Positions 57,535 to 64,000 of a stretch of 64,000 nucleotides of DNA are shown piece after piece. Source of the stretch: Acutalibacteraceae bacterium (lineage in GTDB: Bacteria; Bacillota; Clostridia; Oscillospirales; Acutalibacteraceae). The notes beneath the pieces were generated by a model that had not been told where the DNA came from, ran no database searches, and saw only the letters and a list, made by a program, of their open reading frames with translations. Position numbers and translations under genes: made by a program. The DNA lies in the NCBI GenBank assembly GCA_045630285.1, contig JAZQSX010000062.1, forward strand, positions 29,176 to 93,175, read 5' to 3'. Every line of letters begins with the position of its first letter. The first letter of the stretch is position 1.

Positions 57535-58287
57535 TTATTTCGCAGCAGCGACGATGGTAGCGAAATCTGCGGGCTTCAGGGAAGCGCCACCGATCAGACC
57601 GCCGTCCACGTCGGGTTGAGCCAGCAGCTCAGCAGCATTAGCGGCGTTCATCGAGCCACCGTACTGAATGGTCAGTGCCGCAGCAGCGGGATCGGAATAC
57701 AGATCCAGTGCCACGTTGCGGATGAGGGCGCAGACTTCGTTGGCCTGCTCAGCGGTAGCGGTACGACCGGTACCGATCGCCCACACCGGCTCGTAAGCAA
57801 TGATCACACGGCTCAGCTCTTCTTCCGCCACACCGCCAAGTGCAATCTTGGTCTGCATAGCGACGACCTCGCCGGTCACGCCCTGCTCACGCTGCTCCAG
57901 ATACTCGCCGACGCACAGAATGACGGTCAAACCGGCATCCAAAGCGGCACGCATACGCTTCTGCACCGTGACATCGGTATCGCCAAAGTAGGTGCGGCGT
58001 TCGCTGTGGCCGATGATGACGTAACCAACGCCCATCGCCTTAAGCATCTCAGCGGAGATCTCACCGGTGTACGCACCGGACTTTTCCCAGTGGCAGTTTT
58101 GAGCGGCAACGCCGATCTTGCTGCCCTTTACCGCTTCCAGTGCCGCCGGCAGATCCACAAAGGGAACACCAACAACGACGTCGCAGGTAGCATCGGCAAC
58201 CAACGGCTTGATCGCTTCGATCAGCTCGGTAGCCTCCGCAGGGGTTTTGTTCATTTTCCAGTTACCGGCAATAACATACTTACCCAT
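57535..58287 (-). CDS. tpiA: triose-phosphate isomerase
   Basis: 250 aa. AGNWKMN, IGHSERR and AYEPVWAIGTG motifs. Confidence 0.96.
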   Translation of the reverse strand: MGKYVIAGNWKMNKTPAEATELIEAIKPLVADATCDVVVGVPFVDLPAALEAVKGSKIGVAAQNCHWEKSGAYTGEISAEMLKAMGVGYVIIGHSERRTYFGDTDVTVQKRMRAALDAGLTVILCVGEYLEQREQGVTGEVVAMQTKIALGGVAEEELSRVIIAYEPVWAIGTGRTATAEQANEVCALIRNVALDLYSDPAAAALTIQYGGSMNAANAAELLAQPDVDGGLIGGASLKPADFATIVAAAK

Positions 58288-58301
58288 AATTCATTTTCTC
58301 C

Positions 58302-59513
58302 TTATTTATCGCTCATTGCCACGATACCCGGGAGCTCCTTGCCCTCCAGGAATTCCAGCGACGCACCGCCACCGGTGGAAATGTGGCTCATCTTGTCACC
58401 GTAGCCCAGCGTGTTGACAGCTGCAGCGGAGTCGCCGCCACCGATAATGGTGGTAGCATCCGTCTCGGCCAGCGCTTTCGCAACGGCAATAGTACCCTCG
58501 GCGAGGATCGGATTCTCAAACACGCCCATCGGGCCGTTCCACACGACCGTTTTGGCGGATTTCACTTCAGCAGCGAACAACTCAGCCGTCTTGGGACCGA
58601 TGTCCAGACCCATACGGTCGGCGGGGATCGCATCTGCAGCGACGACCTGAACCTCGATCGGAGCGTCAATGGGATTCGGGAAATCCGCAGCGGTCTTGCA
58701 GTCGATCGGCAGGAGCAGCTTCACACCCTTTGCCTCGGCACGGGCGATCATCTCACGGCAGTAGTCGATCTTCTCGCTATCCAACAGCGAGGTGCCGACG
58801 CCGTAACCCTTCGCAGCGAGGAAGGTGTAGGCCATACCACCGCCGATGATCAGGGTGTCAGCTTTGTTCAGCAGGTTTTCGATAACGTTCAGTTTGTCCG
58901 CAACCTTGGCACCGCCGAGGATCGTGACGAACGGGCGCACCGGGTTTTCCACAGCGTTGCCGAGGAACTCGATTTCCTTCGCCATCAGATAACCGTTGGC
59001 AGACTCTTCCACGTAGGAAGCCACGCCGACGGTGGAGCAGTGTGCACGGTGAGCAGCGCCGAAAGCGTCGTTGACAAACAGATCAGCCAGGGAAGCCAGT
59101 TCACGGGACAGCGCCTCGCCGTTTTTGGTTTCCTCTGCACGATAACGGGTGTTCTGCAGCAGCACGACGTCGCCGTCCTTCATCTCAGCAACCGCTTTCT
59201 TTGCGTTCTCGCCCACGACTTCGTCGTCAGCAGCGAACACAACGGGACGACCAAGCTTCTCTGCCAGACGCACGGCCACGGGAGCCAGCGACAATTCCGG
59301 CTTGGGCTCACCCTTCGGCTTGCCGAGGTGAGAGCAAAGAATGACCTTTGCGCCCTGATCCAGGAGATACTGAATGGTGGGAAGAGCCGCCACGATACGG
59401 TTTTCGTCCGTGATGACGCCGTTCTTCAGCGGCACGTTGAAGTCGCAACGAACAAGCACACGCTTGCCGGCTACCTTCAGATCTTCTACCGTTTTTTTGT
59501 TCAAGAGATTCAT
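58302..59513 (-). CDS. pgk: phosphoglycerate kinase
   Basis: [12 protein letters not shown] start after AAAGGGGA. 403 aa. The track ORF's 42-aa extension is unlikely to be real. Candidate promoter TTGAAA-17-TATAAT upstream. Confidence 0.95.
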   Translation of the reverse strand: MNLLNKKTVEDLKVAGKRVLVRCDFNVPLKNGVITDENRIVAALPTIQYLLDQGAKVILCSHLGKPKGEPKPELSLAPVAVRLAEKLGRPVVFAADDEVVGENAKKAVAEMKDGDVVLLQNTRYRAEETKNGEALSRELASLADLFVNDAFGAAHRAHCSTVGVASYVEESANGYLMAKEIEFLGNAVENPVRPFVTILGGAKVADKLNVIENLLNKADTLIIGGGMAYTFLAAKGYGVGTSLLDSEKIDYCREMIARAEAKGVKLLLPIDCKTAADFPNPIDAPIEVQVVAADAIPADRMGLDIGPKTAELFAAEVKSAKTVVWNGPMGVFENPILAEGTIAVAKALAETDATTIIGGGDSAAAVNTLGYGDKMSHISTGGGASLEFLEGKELPGIVAMSDK

Positions 59514-59640
59514 GCGAATTCCCCTTTCATACTTTTGGGTGTTTCGCTTTGTTGGAAGGAAACCCCATACATAATTTATTATACTGTTTTTTTGCGTTTT
59601 TTTCAATAGTTCCCCGAAAAAAACATAACAAAAAAGCAAA

Positions 59641-59665
59641 AACCCTGCGGAAAAACCGCAGGATT
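59641..59665 (-). terminator. rho-independent terminator after the DacF-like gene
   Basis: CCTGCGG/CCGCAGG stem followed by GTTTTTGCTTTTTT on the minus strand. Confidence 0.75.
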
Positions 59666-59669
59666 TTTA

Positions 59670-61034
59670 TTAACCACGGAATTTTCGGCCTCGGCGGCGG
59701 TTGTAACGAATGATCAAAACCACGTAACCGCCGATCAGCAAGAAAACAATAAAGATAATGAGGAGCATCCAACCAGAAAAAACGAAATCGGCAACACTCG
59801 ACCAAAAGGCTTTCATACCACTGTACGTTGCCCCTTCACCCGCCGCCAACGGTACTGAAGCAATTTGCTTGCCCTCCAGGTACAGGTTCATCGTTGCGAG
59901 AATTTCGCCTTTCTTGATTGGAGCGACATATTCCTTTTTTTGGTACACGATTTCACGGGTGACATCTTTGACGTCGATCCCTTTTTTGACCACGGTATTC
60001 AAATCGGCGGTGGGAACCAAGGAAACGTAGTCCCGATCAGAGGAATGGAGCACCTCGACACGGCCGACCGGCTCATCTTTTTGTACCAGCTGCTCGTACG
60101 TGAAGTCCAAAAGTCCCCAGCGGATCAGCAGACGGGCGTCACTGTAAGCAAAGTTGGTGAGATTGCCGTCCTCATCCTTTTTAGGCGCCCCCATAACGAT
60201 CGCCATATAATCGTAGCCATCCTTGCTGCCGTATGCCATCAAGCTAAGCTCGGTAAGCGTGCCGCCGGTGCGTCCACCGTCCGCATAGCGGTAATATACC
60301 GGGGTGGAGGGGCGCAGCATATCGTTGCTGCTCGGCCAGCTGCGTTTTTTGCCGCCGGATACGGGTGTAACCGTCCATTGGCTCAGTTCCAGCATCGATT
60401 TGATCTCGGGATACTGCATCGCATAGCGTGCAAAAGTCATGACGTCCCGTGCGGACATATACTGACCTTCCTCATTAAGACCCATGACATTGGTAAAATG
60501 TGAATTGGTACACCCTAGCTCCTGCGCAAAGGCGTTAAGCCCCTCGACGAACGCTTCAGGCGAGCCGGAAAGCTTGGTGGCAAGAGCAATCGAGCAATCA
60601 GCGACGGTTTGAATGGTGCACATCGTGATAAGATCCCGCAGTGTCCACACCTCGCCGTAATTCATCAGTGCAACGTGCAAGCCTGTTCCGGCGACGTAAT
60701 GGTTGAATTGGTACAGCGTATACTCTGCCGTTTCGGTGTCAATATCAATGTTGTTTTCCGTCACCAGCTTCATAGCGTAGCCGACCATTGCCACACGCAT
60801 CAGTGCGCCGGGCTGGTAACGCATGTCCGCCCCTTTTTCGTACAGGATCACGTCCTGCTCGGGACGGATGCCGGTGTACAACATCATAGCCGAGGGGGAA
60901 ACGATGGTTTCCTCCTCAGTTTCAGGAAACTCATAACGGAGTTTTTCCGCGGAAACGGAGAGTGTGCCCATACATATTACGATAAGAGCCAGCATAACGC
61001 AGGCGATGCGAAGGAAAAACCGTGAACGCATCAT
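59670..61034 (-). CDS. S11 D-Ala-D-Ala carboxypeptidase (DacF/PBP5) homolog with degenerate catalytic motifs
   Basis: 454 aa. Signal peptide and C-terminal TM anchor. The fold-level match to DacF is clear (ILYEKGAD..., YMSARDV, GGRTGGT), but the SxxK/SxN/KTG positions read ALMR / TVA / RTG. Confidence 0.75.
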   Translation of the reverse strand: MMRSRFFLRIACVMLALIVICMGTLSVSAEKLRYEFPETEEETIVSPSAMMLYTGIRPEQDVILYEKGADMRYQPGALMRVAMVGYAMKLVTENNIDIDTETAEYTLYQFNHYVAGTGLHVALMNYGEVWTLRDLITMCTIQTVADCSIALATKLSGSPEAFVEGLNAFAQELGCTNSHFTNVMGLNEEGQYMSARDVMTFARYAMQYPEIKSMLELSQWTVTPVSGGKKRSWPSSNDMLRPSTPVYYRYADGGRTGGTLTELSLMAYGSKDGYDYMAIVMGAPKKDEDGNLTNFAYSDARLLIRWGLLDFTYEQLVQKDEPVGRVEVLHSSDRDYVSLVPTADLNTVVKKGIDVKDVTREIVYQKKEYVAPIKKGEILATMNLYLEGKQIASVPLAAGEGATYSGMKAFWSSVADFVFSGWMLLIIFIVFLLIGGYVVLIIRYNRRRGRKFRG

Positions 61035-61057
61035 AACCGAGACTCCTTATAGCAAAA

Positions 61058-61645
61058 TCATTCAAAAACAAGTTCCGTATTCGTGCAAATTTCCTTAATT
61101 TTATCCCGAAGGGTAAAGAAATCCGCCAACGCCTCCGGCTTTTGGTTGGGGTTGCGCAGAATAGCGGCGGGATGGAACATTCCCATGTACAGCACGCCGT
61201 CTTTTTCAAAGAACTGTCCGTGCTGCTTTGTCACTTTAAAATCCGGTGAGATCATACGGAATGCCGCCACACGGCCGAGACACACAACGATCTTCGGGCG
61301 AATGTGAGCGATCTGATCTGCCAACCAATGAGCGCAGGCGTCCTGCTCCTCGGGGAGCGGATCCCGGTTTTGCGGCGGGCGGCATTTCACCATGTTGGCA
61401 ATATAAATATTGTGTTTTCGAGAAAGTCCGACCGCTTCCAGCATCGTGTCCAGCAATTTGCCACCACGGCCGACAAACGGCTCACCCTGCAGATCCTCGT
61501 TTTCACCGGGTCCTTCACCGATAAACAAAATCTCGGCGGCGGGGTTGCCGACGCCAAACACCACGTTGTGTCGAGTTTCACACAAGCCGCACGCACGGCA
61601 CGTTTTGCAAGATTGCTCCAATGCACGAAAAGTTGCTTCCGACAT
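61058..61645 (-). CDS. family 4 uracil-DNA glycosylase (Fe-S)
   Basis: 195 aa. CxxCxxC...GEGPGxxED motif ([21 protein letters not shown]). Confidence 0.9.
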   Translation of the reverse strand: MSEATFRALEQSCKTCRACGLCETRHNVVFGVGNPAAEILFIGEGPGENEDLQGEPFVGRGGKLLDTMLEAVGLSRKHNIYIANMVKCRPPQNRDPLPEEQDACAHWLADQIAHIRPKIVVCLGRVAAFRMISPDFKVTKQHGQFFEKDGVLYMGMFHPAAILRNPNQKPEALADFFTLRDKIKEICTNTELVFE

Positions 61646-61769
61646 AGTATACCCGCCTTTATATTATACTATATTATACATTATATCTAAGTACCGCATA
61701 AAACGCAAGGGGAATTGCACCGTGTCAGCGACTTTTTTGGAAACAAGGCGAATCGTGTTGTTTTTGGAT

Positions 61770-61785
61770 TGTTTCATGTGAAACA
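61770..61785. promoter_or_regulatory. parS centromere-like site (15/16 match to TGTTTCACGTGAAACA)
   Basis: TGTTTCATGTGAAACA lies 89 nt upstream of parA. A candidate extended -10 (TGaTATGAT) sits about 61839-61850. Confidence 0.8.
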
Positions 61786-61874
61786 TTTTTTAAAAAAAGA
61801 GGGATGTTTTACATTTTCCTCTTTTATTCCTGAAAAAAGTGTGATATGATGAGAAACAGACAAGAGGTGACGAT

Positions 61875-62636
61875 ATGGGCAAGATCATTGCGGTGGTAAA
61901 CCAAAAAGGCGGCGTTGGTAAAACAACGACCACGGTAAACCTGACCTCGGCGGTAGGCGCTGCGGGAAAAAAGTGTTTGCTTGTGGATTTGGATCCGCAG
62001 GGAAACGCCACCAGCGGTGTTGGAATTGATAAACGGCAAGGTGGATTGTCGATCTACGAGCTGCTAATCGGTCAAGGCGAGCCGAGCACGGCGGTACGGA
62101 CAACGCCGTTTCGTAATATGGACGTGCTGCCGTCGAGTATTCAATTGGCGGGCGCAGAAATTGAAATGGTGGAGCTCAGTCGCCGTGAAAGTCGGTTAAA
62201 AGCGGTGTTGGCGCCACTGAGAGAGCGGTACGATTACATTTTTATCGATTGTCCGCCGTCGCTTGGGCTGCTGACACTGAACGGTTTGTGCGCAGCAGAC
62301 ACGCTGCTGGTGCCGATCCAGTGTGAATATTACGCCTTGGAGGGACTTTCACAGCTGATGGCGACTGTGCGGCAGGTAAAACGCTTGTACAATCCGCAGT
62401 TGGAGCTGGAGGGCGTACTGCTCACGATGTTTGACGGCAGACTGAACCTGACGCAGCAGGTGGTTGCAGAGGTTAAGCGGTTTTTCCCGCGAAAAGTATT
62501 TGCGACCCCGATCCCTCGCAGCGTGCGGTTGTCGGAGGCGCCTAGCTTCGGAAAGCCGATCAATTATTATGACAAAAACTCCAAAGGTGCGCTGGCGTAT
62601 GATAAGTTGGCGCAGGAATTGATAAACGGAAGGTAA
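61875..62636 (+). CDS. parA: chromosome partitioning ATPase ParA/Soj
   Basis: 253 aa. Deviant Walker A NQKGGVGKTTT. Confidence 0.95.
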   Translation: MGKIIAVVNQKGGVGKTTTTVNLTSAVGAAGKKCLLVDLDPQGNATSGVGIDKRQGGLSIYELLIGQGEPSTAVRTTPFRNMDVLPSSIQLAGAEIEMVELSRRESRLKAVLAPLRERYDYIFIDCPPSLGLLTLNGLCAADTLLVPIQCEYYALEGLSQLMATVRQVKRLYNPQLELEGVLLTMFDGRLNLTQQVVAEVKRFFPRKVFATPIPRSVRLSEAPSFGKPINYYDKNSKGALAYDKLAQELINGR

Positions 62637-62648
62637 GGAGGAAAACGG

Positions 62649-63503
62649 ATGGCGGCAAAAATGGTCGGCCTCGGACGAGGCTTGGATGCGCTGTTTGCCG
62701 AAAATGCAGTTGAAGAGCAAGGAAAAACCGTTTCCCTGCGTATTTCGGAGATTGAACCCAATCGGGATCAACCCCGTAAACAGTTTGACGAGGCGGCGCT
62801 TGCTGATTTAGCAGCATCGATCGGACAGCATGGCGTGCTGCAGCCGCTGTTGGTGCGGCCACTGCCGGGCGGCGGGTACCAGCTGGTAGCCGGTGAACGT
62901 CGTTGGCGGGCGTCCCGTATGGCGGGACTTACCGAAGTGCCTGTTGTGGTGCGGGAAATGACGGACCGTGAAGCGTCGGAGCTCGCATTGATCGAAAATC
63001 TGCAACGGCAAGACCTGAATCCCATTGAAGAGGCGCTTGGGTACCGTACGCTAATGGAACAGTATGGAATGACTCAGGAGGAAGCGGCTCGGGCGGTGAA
63101 TAAATCCCGACCCGCAGTGGCAAATGCGTTACGTTTGCTGAATCTTCCGACGGAACTCACCGAAATGGTGCAGGACGGGCGGTTATCGGCGGGTCACGCA
63201 CGGACGTTGCTTGCTTTTGAGTCGGAAGAGGCGCAAAAAGAAGCCGCAGCGGCGGTGTTGAAGCAAGATCTGTCGGTGCGCGCATTGGAAAAACTGGCGA
63301 AAGCTTCAAAAACCACCAAACGGGCGGAAAAGTCTCTCCGTCGGAGGGATAGCCTGTTTGACGAGGTGGAAATCGTGTTGACCGAGCAGCTCGGCCGTAA
63401 GGTGCGGGTGCTGGACAAGGGTGAAGGCGGCGTATTGCAGCTGGAGTTTTATTCAAAGGATGATCTGACGGCACTGTGTAATCACGTGGCGTCACAGCAA
63501 TAA
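62649..63503 (+). CDS. parB: chromosome partitioning protein ParB/Spo0J
   Basis: 284 aa. GERRWRA arginine patch. HTH region LIENLQRQDLNPIEEA. Confidence 0.95.
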   Translation: MAAKMVGLGRGLDALFAENAVEEQGKTVSLRISEIEPNRDQPRKQFDEAALADLAASIGQHGVLQPLLVRPLPGGGYQLVAGERRWRASRMAGLTEVPVVVREMTDREASELALIENLQRQDLNPIEEALGYRTLMEQYGMTQEEAARAVNKSRPAVANALRLLNLPTELTEMVQDGRLSAGHARTLLAFESEEAQKEAAAAVLKQDLSVRALEKLAKASKTTKRAEKSLRRRDSLFDEVEIVLTEQLGRKVRVLDKGEGGVLQLEFYSKDDLTALCNHVASQQ

Positions 63504-63519
63504 GAGGGGGAAATCAAGT

Positions 63520-64000
63520 ATGGTAGACATTAAATTGGTACGCAGCGAGCCGGATTTTGTAAAAGCGGCAGTGCGCAAGCGTGAAATGGATCTGGACAGC
63601 GTCATCGATGAGATTTTGGACATTGATGCCAAGCGCCGTCAGTTGTCTGGTGAGACGGATGCGCTGAAAGCGCAGCAGAACGCCGCTTCCAAGCAGATCC
63701 CGCAGATCAAAAAGGCGGGCGGCGACGTTTCGGCGATCATGGCGGAGATGAAAGAGCTGTCCGCAAAGATCAAAGAGGCCGATGTGGCGATCAACGAGCT
63801 TGAAGAGAAGCAGAAGTCGCTGCTGCTGGCGATTCCCAACCTGCCCGATCCTGATTTGGCGGCAGGCGGCAAGGAAAACAACGAGCCGGTACACTATTTT
63901 GGTGAGCAACCGAAGTTCGACTTCCCGATCCGCAACCACGTAGAGCTGTGCGAGAGCCTGGGCCTCATTGATTATGAGCGTGGCGCAAAGATTGCCGGTA
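63520..64000 (+). CDS. serS: seryl-tRNA synthetase, 3' end cut by window edge
   Basis: Not in the ORF track (runs off the edge). My translation from ATG 63520: MVDIKLVRSEPDFVKAAVRKREMDLDSVIDEILDIDAKRRQL..., the N-terminal coiled-coil arm typical of SerRS. Confidence 0.9.
   Translation, partial: MVDIKLVRSEPDFVKAAVRKREMDLDSVIDEILDIDAKRRQLSGETDALKAQQNAASKQIPQIKKAGGDVSAIMAEMKELSAKIKEADVAINELEEKQKSLLLAIPNLPDPDLAAGGKENNEPVHYFGEQPKFDFPIRNHVELCESLGLIDYERGAKIAG

Noticed and set aside
55972-59609. 445-aa and 408-aa plus-strand ORFs
   Set aside because: They are antisense to gpmI and pgk respectively.
1-64000. CRISPR arrays, transposases, restriction-modification, toxin-antitoxin or other defence modules
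   Set aside because: I looked for regularly spaced direct repeats and for characteristic ORFs on both strands and found none. The window is dominated by conserved housekeeping genes.

Overview
GC-rich Firmicutes (Clostridia-like, spore-former) chromosome segment centred on the replication origin. From 1 to about 43.1 kb nearly every gene is on the minus strand: murA (truncated by the window edge), a dcw cluster (mraZ-rsmH-ftsL-2 class B PBPs-murE-mraY-ftsW-murG), AEC transporter, folD, lgt, an M16 peptidase pair, a MacB-like permease with its adaptor, radA, cwlD, gap, citrate synthase, pduL, tRNA-Arg(CCU), rsmG-mnmG and jag-yidC-yidD-rnpA-rpmH. A few plus-strand genes interrupt this run: a clan GH-A glycosidase, spoIID, a GH78 rhamnosidase, a HAD hydrolase, a DUF3048 lipoprotein and rsmA. 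A bipartite oriC flanks dnaA (43.1-45.0 kb). To its right lie dnaA-dnaN-yaaA-recF-remB-gyrB-[two paralogous membrane proteins]-gyrA-mnmE, then a convergent gpmI-tpiA-pgk block, a DacF-like protein, a family-4 UDG, and parS-parA-parB-serS. I saw no CRISPR array, transposase, integrase or recognisable defence system. The points most worth follow-up are: (1) an mraZ promoter with phased AAGTGG repeats followed by three perfect copies of the local DnaA-box 9-mer; (2) a very regular DnaA-box / GC clamp / (GAT)x5 trio / AT-tract module in the dnaA-dnaN spacer, plus extra DnaA-box clusters; (3) a tRNA-Arg locus with a duplicated leader and 5' half and a structured 62-nt insert behind a perfect consensus promoter; (4) a DacF-like protein whose three catalytic motifs all look degenerate; (5) two paralogous 2x(2TM + soluble domain) proteins wedged between gyrB and gyrA; (6) rearranged origin-proximal synteny. 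All homology calls rest on motif recognition by eye; no searches were run.
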